DNA of 64,000 nt from Savitreella phatthalungensis (Eukaryota): contig AP039708.1 in assembly GCA_051599415.1 (NCBI GenBank), positions 186,001 to 250,000 on the forward strand. The letters are read 5' to 3'. Numbering within the stretch: the first letter of the stretch is position 1; each line of letters opens with the position of its first letter. Below the pieces are notes generated by a model, which worked only from the letters and a program-made list of their open reading frames with translations, was not told the DNA's origin and did no database searches. Made by a program: the position numbers and the translations under genes. Positions 55,121-64,000 of this stretch are shown here, one piece after another.

Positions 55121-56218
55121 CTATCTGATGGATTCAGCGATCACGATCGCGCCTCGCATGTCTGTTCCGCAGACGTGTCTGTTTAGTCCTTCGTTGAAAG
55201 CAAACGTCTGGCCGCCGGAGATCGTGATTGGCAACATTCGGGCGCCTCCAACCCCAGAAATGAGAGAGCTTGAGAGGCTGGGAGGGCTGGCAGCGGTTGC
55301 GCCCGGTATCAAGCTCGGGTCAATTCCTGCAGGACTGAGAGTCCCGACGAGCCCCGAGAAGGAAGTTCGGAGCACCGCTTCAACTTTTGTCCTGACCTTG
55401 TCCTCTTCATCCTTTGCGTCTGTCGTCCTCTCACGATTGGCGCTGAGCTGCGACTGAGCGATTGCAAGGGGCGAGTACCCGAACGGCAAGCCGTTGTTGA
55501 AAGTCGGCGTCACTCGGCTCTGCTGGATGGCGGCGATAGCCTGCAATCGCTGCATGTCGTCCATGACAACGCTGCAGAGCACCCTCCCATCAGCCACGCT
55601 CAGCTTGAGCGGGTCTGAAATGGGGAATACTGTACCGCCACGCACCACGGTCAGACGAGGCGAAGCAGAAAGACCCGAAGAAACGGACGACAAAAGAGAC
55701 TGTCCTGCGCCAAGAATTTGGCCCCCGAGAGCACTTGCGAGTGCAGACAATCCACGCGGCAGGAGGTCGCGAAGCGCGCTCAGCCCGCTGAAAGCGCTTT
55801 GTGACGGCAGCATGAAGCCGGTACGCGGTGCAGACGTCGTTGCTGGCTGTAAGATTGGCGTCGTACTCGCCTGTCCGACGTTCGAGCTCGGACTCGCACT
55901 CGGGCCCAGGATCGAGACCATGTTTGGACTGGAATTTGCAGGTGTACCCGAACTCGGATTCGGGGAAGTACTTGCCTGGAGGATGCTTTGTATCTGGGGA
56001 TCCGTATCCTGCCTAGCGATGGCGCTGGCAGCAGCGAGAATCGCAGGATCGCTTCCGATAGAGCCAGATTGCGCAGGGTTGGCCGGAATCTGCGAGCCAG
56101 CTGGCGCAGCGATGATCGGTACCTGCGGGCGGAACCCATTGTTGTAGCCAGACTCGATCGATGGTCCGAAGGATTGCGCCCTCGCCACCACGACGCTGAC
56201 CAGCAGCGCGAGCAACAT
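55121..56218 (-). CDS. Secreted Ser/Pro-rich hypothetical protein
   Basis: Signal peptide MLLALLVSVVVARA and a 365-aa ORF. Confidence 0.65.
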   Translation of the reverse strand: MLLALLVSVVVARAQSFGPSIESGYNNGFRPQVPIIAAPAGSQIPANPAQSGSIGSDPAILAAASAIARQDTDPQIQSILQASTSPNPSSGTPANSSPNMVSILGPSASPSSNVGQASTTPILQPATTSAPRTGFMLPSQSAFSGLSALRDLLPRGLSALASALGGQILGAGQSLLSSVSSGLSASPRLTVVRGGTVFPISDPLKLSVADGRVLCSVVMDDMQRLQAIAAIQQSRVTPTFNNGLPFGYSPLAIAQSQLSANRERTTDAKDEEDKVRTKVEAVLRTSFSGLVGTLSPAGIDPSLIPGATAASPPSLSSSLISGVGGARMLPITISGGQTFAFNEGLNRHVCGTDMRGAIVIAESIR

Positions 56219-56446
56219 GACCGCTTGCCAGCAGACTCCCGGACACTTATATTTACGATGTACAGCGGCTGCGGCTACGGGCGGAGTCTCGACATGTTCA
56301 AAACCCCTAACGTCGTGAAACCCGGCAGATCGTCTTCAATGACACACTCACGTGGGCGTCTCGATTAGACGACTATGGTTCGCAGATGAACATCCGCAGA
56401 AAGAAGTTCTCGCGACGATTCCAGTTCCCTTCCACTATCGGGCGGG

Positions 56447-56809
56447 ATGCGTATGGATGGATACAGCAGAGTAAGCATCGCCGGAGAGTTGGAAGAGGAG
56501 CCAGTGGAACGCGCTGCAACAGATTACGAAAATCCGCCTCCAGTTACATCAGCGGCCGTCGTCTCAATAGACGATCGCGCTGTCAGACAACGCACCAACA
56601 GTACCGCATCCTACTACGAGCTCCGGCCGAGCACTGTCTCAACCAGTCACGTTGATGAGGAAGATGCGATTGATAAAGCGTTCAGGGCTAGCGCATGGTT
56701 CTGGTTCAAGCTCGGGGCCTTCATCCTCTGTATGATACTGTCGATGATGGCCGTCGCAGGGGCGGTCGTCCTCTTTGCCTTTGTCATCGCCAGTCTGGCA
56801 GACAAGTAG
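56447..56809 (+). CDS. Small protein with C-terminal transmembrane segment
   Basis: 120-aa ORF with a polar N-terminus and a long hydrophobic C-terminus. Confidence 0.6.
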   Translation: MRMDGYSRVSIAGELEEEPVERAATDYENPPPVTSAAVVSIDDRAVRQRTNSTASYYELRPSTVSTSHVDEEDAIDKAFRASAWFWFKLGAFILCMILSMMAVAGAVVLFAFVIASLADK

Positions 56810-56952
56810 AGAGAATATCTCTTCCCCACCTATCACCAGCTATCGCAGAGACAGGTTAAAGATTGATCGGTTCCAATGACATAATTCAATAAGAAAGTGT
56901 GAACAAAATCCTTGTCCACGTCCTTATCCCCGCGTGTCCGGGCGAGGTTCCA

Positions 56953-58686
56953 ATGCCAGCAATCACAGCGTTCTTTAAGTCGGACGGGAAGAACACGTCG
57001 CTGACCAAGCGCAAGCGTGCTGACGATGATCGTAAGGTCAAGAAAGAGCCGAAGCTTGAAGGATCAAGTGGTTTCGACGTCCCCAATCCATTTGAGGACG
57101 ATGACGACAAGGAGGAAGCTTTCCGAGCAGCATGGCGAGAAGCGGGCTTCGAAGACGTCAAGCAGAAGCGCACGACAAGTCAGCGCCACGTCATGTGGTT
57201 CAAAAGCGATTTGAGAATCCTGGACAATCGTGCGCTGACGGCCGCGGCGGAGAGCGATGATTCTGCCGTCCTGGCAATCTACGTACTTTGTCCGGGCGAG
57301 TGGGAGAATCATCATGTATCCCATGCAAAGGCTGACTTCGTATTTCGCAACCTTTCAGACCTGGGTGACAGACTCGAGAGCGAGCTCGGCATTCCTCTTG
57401 TCGTCCTGAACGCTGCACGTCCGCGAGATATCCCGCCGACAATCGAGAAGTTCTGCAAGCAGCACGAGATCAACAGGCTTTTCTTCAATCGTGAGTACGA
57501 GGTGAATGAAAGGGCGAGGGATCGGCGAGTGACAGAGGAACTGGAGCGCGTCGGCGTGCAGGTCGACAGCTTCGAAGATCAGAATGTCATGCCGCCAGCC
57601 GAGCTCCTCTCTCCAAAAGGCAAACCCTACACTGTCTACTCTCCATATCAGCGTGCTTGGCTGGCCAAGGTGGCAGGCAATCCAGACAAATACCTGACGA
57701 TAGCGAGCTTGCCACGGCGCAATCCACCGGATACGAAGCTGCCGCTGCGCACCGTGCTCACTACGATAGAAAATCCGCGGCCCCTCAGAGACGGCGAGCA
57801 GGGTGTTCCGGCCCTCTTTCCTGCAGGAGAGGTCGAGGCGCATCACAGGTTGTATCTCTTCCGCGCGGGCGAAATGAAGAACTACGTCGAGGGACGAAAC
57901 ATCCCAAGCAACAGCGGCACGTCCAAACTATCTGCCTACCTTTCTAATGGAGTCATCTCGCTTCGGCACTGTACTCTTGCAAGTCTCAACGGCACTTCCC
58001 CAAAACGCATTGGAAGCATCCAGGCGGGCCACGCGCGTTGGTTGTCGGAGCTCATCTGGCGCGACTTCTACCGGATGATCATGTACAGCTTCCCGCAGGT
58101 GTGCAAGTACAAGCCATACAGAGCCGAGGCAGCATGCATCAAGTGGCGGGAAGGTCCCGAAGCAGACGCGGACTTTCAACGGTGGGTGGATGGCAAGACG
58201 GGTTACCCGCTCGTAGATGCAGCTATGCGCCAAATGGACAAGACATGCTACATGCACAATCGTTGCAGGATGAATGTGGCCTCGTTCCTGTGCAAGCACC
58301 TGATGATCGACTGGCGGCGCGGCGAGAAGTATTTTTCCGAGAAGCTGATCGACGCAGACCTCGCCTCGAACAACGGCGGCTGGCAATGGACCGCTTCAAG
58401 TGGCACAGACCCGCAGCCTTACTTCCGTGTCTTCGCACCGACGCTTCAGTCGGAGAAGTTCGACCCTGCTGGAGACTACATCCGCTACTGGATTCCGGAG
58501 CTCAAGCATTGTCCCCCTGCGAAGATGGCAATTCACGAGCCTTGGACTCGCTGGGGCAAGGCAGAGTGTACGAAAGCAGGATACCCGGCGCCTATGGTGG
58601 ACCACAAGGCTGCAAGGCAGCGATGTCTGACGGAGTACAAGCGTGCATTCGACGAGTATAAGTTTGGCAGTTATGAGTACGAGTAG
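56953..58686 (+). CDS. PHR1: Class I CPD DNA photolyase
   Basis: WFKSDLR..DN.AL, TSKLS.YL..G, WRDFY, G.TGYP.VDAAMRQ, MHNR.RM and D.DLASNNGGWQW. Confidence 0.95.
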   Translation: MPAITAFFKSDGKNTSLTKRKRADDDRKVKKEPKLEGSSGFDVPNPFEDDDDKEEAFRAAWREAGFEDVKQKRTTSQRHVMWFKSDLRILDNRALTAAAESDDSAVLAIYVLCPGEWENHHVSHAKADFVFRNLSDLGDRLESELGIPLVVLNAARPRDIPPTIEKFCKQHEINRLFFNREYEVNERARDRRVTEELERVGVQVDSFEDQNVMPPAELLSPKGKPYTVYSPYQRAWLAKVAGNPDKYLTIASLPRRNPPDTKLPLRTVLTTIENPRPLRDGEQGVPALFPAGEVEAHHRLYLFRAGEMKNYVEGRNIPSNSGTSKLSAYLSNGVISLRHCTLASLNGTSPKRIGSIQAGHARWLSELIWRDFYRMIMYSFPQVCKYKPYRAEAACIKWREGPEADADFQRWVDGKTGYPLVDAAMRQMDKTCYMHNRCRMNVASFLCKHLMIDWRRGEKYFSEKLIDADLASNNGGWQWTASSGTDPQPYFRVFAPTLQSEKFDPAGDYIRYWIPELKHCPPAKMAIHEPWTRWGKAECTKAGYPAPMVDHKAARQRCLTEYKRAFDEYKFGSYEYE

Positions 58687-58719
58687 CGTGTCATTAAGAG
58701 TAAATAATGACGACACCGG

Positions 58720-59893
58720 ATGTCCGAGGACGACGACTACTTTGGCGAGGACGATGAGGAAGGTTGGCTCGCCCTCGAAGGTAGGTACACTCCCGTGGGC
58801 AAGGCAGCGGCTGACGACAGACCTGCTGCGCAGGCATAGAGGAACGTTGTCACGCGATGATGTCCAACAACTCGATCAAACACGCGCGTCCCTCGGCAAG
58901 GCTCCCTTTGAGCGATTCCGGCGGCAAGATAGACTCAGCGTGACAGATGTCGTGTCCCCGCTCTGGTGTGAGGCGCAATTCCAGTACGCGCTTGAGGCCA
59001 CCGGCCGTAGACGACGCACCGAGGCCATGAAAGTCGGCTCAAGGATCCACGACGAGCTCGAGCGCGAAATCCACCTGCCAGTCGTCATCGAGCGGAGCGA
59101 GGAGATCGAGGAGGAAAGATGGGGACTGATCCTCTTGAATGGTATCATCCGCTGCGACGAGCTCCTAAGGACGGGCGTGACGCGCGAACTTTCCGTCTGG
59201 GGACGCGTACGCGGCACGCGCGTCACAGGCAAGATTGATGAGCTCCGCATCGTGGCAGACGAGTCGCAGGAGCGCAACGCAATGCAGGCCTTCCTTGGAC
59301 TACCACGCGGACTTCTTGTCCTGAGTGACACGAAAACGCGGGGCAGCTCAAGACCACCCACGGAGTCTGCACACTTGCAGGCGAAGCTGCAGCTCATGCT
59401 GTATCGCAGCCTGCTGGCCGGCATGCGGGATGAAGGCGTGACTCGGGCCAAAGAGGAAGGCCTCGATGTCGGCAGACCATTCACTGACGCATTCATTGCA
59501 CAGGCCATGGCGCTGCTGTCACCGGATGATGCAGACAAGGTGCCTTCCCACAACAGTATCGAGGGATTCTGGCAGCTATTCGAAGTGCATCTGCGACCGT
59601 TATGCGAGATGCTACGGCGTCAGGACGGGCAGGAAGACCTGTCCGTGACGTACCTTCAGCAGTTGACGCGGGAGACTCTCTTCCAGCATAGTTTCTCATT
59701 TGATCGCGCGTGGATGGATGAGCGCGCGGACAGCGTCATGGCATGGTGGCACGGCACACGGCAGGCTCAGGGCGTTCGTCAAGAGGAGGCCTATAAGTGT
59801 TCAATGTGTGACTTTGAGGCAGGCTGCTCATGGCGGTTACACAAGGTGGAAGAGGCCGCCCAACGTTATCGTACTCGTAGATCAGCATCATAA
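58720..59893 (+). CDS. EXO5: Exonuclease V (Exo5/Dem1); intron 58781-58820
   Basis: Exon 1 MSEDDDYFGEDDEEGWLALE, then a 40-nt GTAGGT..GCTGAC..CAG intron. LSVTD....WCE.Q, G..IH..LE, RE..V.G, G.IDEL, DTKTR, QLMLY and C..C.F...C.W (Fe-S cysteines). Confidence 0.88.
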
Positions 59894-60015
59894 TGTACTG
59901 TATACTGTATGGGGAAATATATACCAACGTGTACACACACACGCTAAGCAACCGCATTGACGTAGACGCATATGTACTCGTGAAAGCGCACGTCAATCCA
60001 GCACGTCATAGAAGC

Positions 60016-60669
60016 ATGGTGGCCCAGGCCTACACAAGTGACCTGCAGCGCGTCTGGCGCCTGGTTCAGGACCTGTCCATTCAGCTGGAGACGAACCAAG
60101 AAGAGACTGAGCGGCTGCGCCGTCTTGTCGAGGCACTAGATACTCCTTCAGGGAGCGATGACAAAGACCTGAAGACCGACCACGATCGCCTATTGAAGGA
60201 CAATTTGATCCTGCTGGAGGCAGAGGCAGAGCTCTCGAGCCTGTGTGCGGATCAGGAGCGCGCACTCGAGCGAATTACCGCCCAGATCAGAGAGTACCGG
60301 CACAAGCAGGTCCAGGATGAGCTGCAGCTTCGCAAGGAGCACGCATCACAGATCGCAGAGATGCAGCAACGCGTGACTGCTGCAGAAAATGACAAACTGC
60401 AGATGCAGGCGAGCGTACATCATCTCGGTGAGATGCTACGCCAGTGCTACGCGACAATGGCCGATGACATGGAGGCGACCGAGATCGAGAACGTTCGGCT
60501 GACGAACGAGGTAGCAGCGCTCAAGCAGGAGCTTGGTCTGTCGTCCGATGCAGAGTTGACGGGGCCAGACGAGGACGAACAGGACAGGATCATAGCCGAG
60601 GCAGAGGGCAGGACGATCCAGGTGATGCCGAAGCTGCCAGCCAGAAGAGCAGCACGAAGGCAGGGCTGA
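60016..60669 (+). CDS. Coiled-coil protein, possibly a Far3/SIKE-like STRIPAK subunit
   Basis: N-terminal L.R.W.LV.DLS.QL..N and heptad-rich body. Confidence 0.55.
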   Translation: MVAQAYTSDLQRVWRLVQDLSIQLETNQEETERLRRLVEALDTPSGSDDKDLKTDHDRLLKDNLILLEAEAELSSLCADQERALERITAQIREYRHKQVQDELQLRKEHASQIAEMQQRVTAAENDKLQMQASVHHLGEMLRQCYATMADDMEATEIENVRLTNEVAALKQELGLSSDAELTGPDEDEQDRIIAEAEGRTIQVMPKLPARRAARRQG

Positions 60670-60781
60670 AGTGGGTCATTGTGAGAAATTATTTACATGT
60701 CTACACCGAGTCTAGGGTAAGTGCTCAGAATCCAAGCGCTACTAGAGCCTAGGCATGGTCTCGGAGGCTGAGACTATCGGA

Positions 60782-63367
60782 TCAGGACGCGAGGGAGCCA
60801 GAGCCCAGTTTGCGGACAATTTTGCGCGAGCCTTCTCCGGCGACGCGGACACCGCCCTCGGCTTCGAGCATCCGCAATACCTCAGTCAGCTCTTGCGGGT
60901 CGACCGTTCGGGATGACTGCTCCTGCATGAGCCTGGCGAGGTCGATGACGCGTAGTCCTTGTGGGGAGGAAGCTGCCGCGGAAGACTCGACGATGCGGGC
61001 GATCTCGCGCCGGAGATCTTGGCGTGCACGCCGCTGTGCGGCCGATGCGCCGACTTGTATCAGATCGAGGTCGATTTTACCCGTCCGCTTGTCAGTAGCG
61101 TACTCCTTGACGGCCGCCTTGACGAGTCGGACGGCCTCGAGCACGTCGTCGAGCTCGACCTCGTCAGCGAGACGCATTTTGGCGTGTGCTTCCGATAGTC
61201 GGATGAGCGACTCGAGCTGACGAGTCGTCGCGGTGATGCGACGCTCGCTCGCTCGAGGGTCCTCACCGAGCTTACGCATTGCCACGTATGCCGCAACGAG
61301 CTCCTTGCCAGCCTCCTCCCCGATCACCGGCCGGCACTCTGTACGCGCATAAGAAATGTAGCTCGTAAGCATGTCCACAGGAAGAGTTTCACCGGCGTTC
61401 GCGGCAGAATGCGACCGGTCCTCCAGATACATGCCAACAAGGTGACGAGCGAGCCGACGATCCGCGTTCTCGTCCACCCTGTCGAGCACGAGATAGACGA
61501 GGTCGAAACGGGAGAGCAGGGTTGGTGGCAAATCGATGTTTTGAGGTACAGGCAGCTCCGGATCGTACCTTGATCCGATCGGGTTGGCGGATGCGAGGAT
61601 GGACGTCCTGGCATTCAAGGTGGTAATAATGCCGGCCTTTGCGACCGACACGGTCTGCTGCTCCATGACTTCGTGCAAGACCGACCGCGTCGCCTCGGAC
61701 ATCTTGTCGAATTCGTCGATGCAGCAGACGCCACCGTCCGAGAGCACGAGCGCGCCAGATTCGAGCACCAGCTGCTTTGTGTCGACGTCCCGAGTCACGT
61801 AGGCCGTCAGTCCGACAGCGGAAGAACCCTTGCCGGACGTGTAGACTCCGCGCGGAGCAATCTTGTTGACATACTGAAGGATTTGTGATTTCGCTGTGGA
61901 GGGGTCGCCGCAAAGGAGAACGTTGATGTCACCGCGGTAACGTGGTGCGGCGCCGCTCGTGAAGGTCTTGTTCGTGCCGCCGAAGAGCTGAAGGAGGACG
62001 CCCTTCTTGACATCGTCAGACTCGAAAATTGAAGGGGCGAGCGACCGGGCCAGGAGCTCGTAGCAGTCAGGCCGGGCGCCAATCGCCCGTACTCGTGCGA
62101 CCTCGTCCTCCGAAAGCTTGCGCACCTCCTCCGTCGTGTCACTCTGCATGATCTCGTCTGCCAGCGTGGTAACGTCCTGGCCGAGACGCCGGCGGTCGAC
62201 CTTGGCGACGTGGACGACGTCGACGTAGGTTTTGAACAGGGTCTTGACGGCACGCATTCGCGGATTCAGCCGGACGGGCACGCTTCGGAAGATACCGGTG
62301 ACCTCGACGCGGTCACCTGCTTTGCAAACGTCGACAATCTCATCGTACGCGCACAGCGAGACAGAGTGCGGAGTCTGACCATCCGGAATTGCGTCGGGCG
62401 TCTCCTGCAGCTTGACAATCTGCTTGTCGCTGAACTCCGAGCGGTTGTGAATGAGAGTCATGGACTCTCTCTGCTCGCACGCTCGTCGCGGGCACTTCGT
62501 TGGCTCCATGATGCGTCCGCGGTCGATCTCGACCGTGATGCTGTGATTACAGACGGAGCAGGTGAAGAAGGCAATTTTCATGTCCGGGATGATCGGTGTC
62601 GTACGAATGACGAGGCCCTTGACGCAGACGAGCTTGTCGATGTCTCCAGGATTCAGATCGCGCATGTTCAAGGAAGTGCCGAGGTTGAAGGGACGAATTT
62701 TGTAGATTGCTCGCTCGACCTCGCCGACCTCCTCGGCTGTTCCATTCGCGTCTACGGCCATATCGATGAGCACGTCTTTCAAGGTCTGATCGAAGATAGG
62801 GATGATCTCCTGAGGGTAGCGTAGCAATTGACCATGCAGCTTCCGTGTAAGAGGGTAGGCCTGCATGTCTCGTACATCCAGATTCATGTTGGTCAGGCCA
62901 AGTATACGCATTGCCTCGAGCTTCTGCACGTACGGCGTTTCCTCGCCGGTGGTTCCGACAGGCTGACCGTCCATCAGCGACCGGTACTTGCGCTTGAATG
63001 ATGTGAGGAAAGTGCGGAAAGAAGCCATGCTCTCTGCGATCGAGACGTTTGTGCCCCAGATGACCCTCACACCGTCCTCGGGCTCAGTCCTGTCGCTCGG
63101 CACATTCTGGGAGAGGGGCAAATCTGATGGCACAGTACGCCTCGGGGTCGATGCGTTCACATCGCCACGTCTGCCTGAAGGAGTGCCCGTATTGCGCAGG
63201 GACAAATCACTTTTCAATGAGCTTGAATTGTAGCGAAGCGGACTGGATGAACGAATCCCTCGCGTGCCAGAAGCCCTTGGCGTTGCATCCAGATCTCTTG
63301 TTATACGTTCTGACCGTTCTGATGAAGGAAAGAACAGCGGTGAAGCTGGTCTTGCTGGTGAAGACAT
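60782..63367 (-). CDS. MCM4: DNA replication licensing factor Mcm4 (Cdc21)
   Basis: IWGTNVS, YPQEII, Zn finger, KLQETPD..P.GQTPH, Walker A GDPSTAKSQ, IDEFDKM and SRFD arginine finger. Confidence 0.97.
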   Translation of the reverse strand: MSSPARPASPLFFPSSERSERITRDLDATPRASGTRGIRSSSPLRYNSSSLKSDLSLRNTGTPSGRRGDVNASTPRRTVPSDLPLSQNVPSDRTEPEDGVRVIWGTNVSIAESMASFRTFLTSFKRKYRSLMDGQPVGTTGEETPYVQKLEAMRILGLTNMNLDVRDMQAYPLTRKLHGQLLRYPQEIIPIFDQTLKDVLIDMAVDANGTAEEVGEVERAIYKIRPFNLGTSLNMRDLNPGDIDKLVCVKGLVIRTTPIIPDMKIAFFTCSVCNHSITVEIDRGRIMEPTKCPRRACEQRESMTLIHNRSEFSDKQIVKLQETPDAIPDGQTPHSVSLCAYDEIVDVCKAGDRVEVTGIFRSVPVRLNPRMRAVKTLFKTYVDVVHVAKVDRRRLGQDVTTLADEIMQSDTTEEVRKLSEDEVARVRAIGARPDCYELLARSLAPSIFESDDVKKGVLLQLFGGTNKTFTSGAAPRYRGDINVLLCGDPSTAKSQILQYVNKIAPRGVYTSGKGSSAVGLTAYVTRDVDTKQLVLESGALVLSDGGVCCIDEFDKMSEATRSVLHEVMEQQTVSVAKAGIITTLNARTSILASANPIGSRYDPELPVPQNIDLPPTLLSRFDLVYLVLDRVDENADRRLARHLVGMYLEDRSHSAANAGETLPVDMLTSYISYARTECRPVIGEEAGKELVAAYVAMRKLGEDPRASERRITATTRQLESLIRLSEAHAKMRLADEVELDDVLEAVRLVKAAVKEYATDKRTGKIDLDLIQVGASAAQRRARQDLRREIARIVESSAAASSPQGLRVIDLARLMQEQSSRTVDPQELTEVLRMLEAEGGVRVAGEGSRKIVRKLGSGSLAS

Positions 63368-63435
63368 TCTTCTCGATCGAGTAGATCGGAATGAGTGCCT
63401 TGGATGATGTGATGTGAAGAATGGGTCGTCAGTTG

Positions 63436-63508
63436 CGCGTCTTTGGATGGATGTACGAATTAGCAGGCGCGTACTGACACTAAATTCGTGCAACGATTAA
63501 ATTCGCGT
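63436..63508 (-). promoter_or_regulatory. Three MCB-like ACGCG cores upstream of MCM4
   Basis: CGCGT at 63436, 63468 and 63504, upstream of a replication gene. Confidence 0.4.
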
Positions 63509-63630
63509 CACTCAAGATTGATCGATCGATCGATTGATTGATTGATTGATTGATCAGGGCAGAACACACTGGTGACAGTCTATAGTATGTCAGAGTGACA
63601 GGGTCGGCGGTCTTAGTCAAAGGACATGGC

Positions 63631-64000
63631 ATGGTGCTCCGAATAGCGGCTCAAGAGCTCGAACAGTTGAAGGAGTGTGTACGTAACAGACGTCCATGTG
63701 TCCTGACGAATCTGCCAGAGGATTTTGACGGACTACGGAGTCTTTTGTCTCTGGGAGATCTCTCGGCTAGGGCAGGCAATGTGGAAGTTGACGTTGAACC
63801 AATTTCCTCCAAGGGAACATTCGGCACCTCGGAAACGAAGCGACGGATGACCATCTCGTCGCTGGTGCAGGCACTAGAGCGTGGAGAGAGACTCTATCTG
63901 ACGACACAGTACGAAGATGCAGAAGATGATCAGGTCCTGCACGAACCACTCCGATCCATGTGGGACGATCTCCAGGTCCCCGTGAGTCCGCGCATAGTCA
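63631..64000 (+). CDS. JmjC/cupin-like protein, 5' part (runs off the window)
   Basis: Own translation: MVLRIAAQ..RRPCVL..AGNVEVDVEP..FG...R.MT...YLTTQY, open to the window end. The pattern is typical of cupin-8/JmjC N-termini. Confidence 0.65.
   Translation, partial: MVLRIAAQELEQLKECVRNRRPCVLTNLPEDFDGLRSLLSLGDLSARAGNVEVDVEPISSKGTFGTSETKRRMTISSLVQALERGERLYLTTQYEDAEDDQVLHEPLRSMWDDLQVPVSPRIV

Noticed and set aside
58643..58780. ORF-track N-terminus of EXO5 overlapping the photolyase
   Set aside because: Better explained by an ATG at 58720 plus a canonical 40-nt intron.

Overview
Gene-dense, intron-poor fungal nuclear DNA with GC-rich coding regions. Gene content and style suggest an early-diverging ascomycete (Taphrinomycotina-like); this is inference, not a database result. 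About 37 protein-coding genes are supported, mostly housekeeping: RRP46, HIS5, a RhoGAP, PMI40, CDC14, PSD2, a PTPA, NOP16, trifunctional trpG-C-F, VPS23, a SUN protein, a GATA factor, PDI1, TKL1, SFA1, a photolyase, EXO5 and MCM4. There is also one intron-containing tRNA-Ile(AAT). Five short spliceosomal introns can be read directly. No transposon, CRISPR or rRNA was seen. Most notable: (1) an unannotated, highly base-paired ~380-nt element with a long enclosing helix, several hairpins and a 9-bp pseudoknot at 28836-29214 that matches no RNA family I recognise; (2) a single ORF fusing an IAH1-type SGNH esterase to a Lys5/Sfp-type phosphopantetheinyl transferase; (3) a photolyase-EXO5 tandem only 33 nt apart within a run of four tightly packed same-strand genes; (4) recurrent degenerate (NTCR)n tetramer arrays in intergenic DNA, with related GTGACC arrays in inverted orientation around the tRNA gene.
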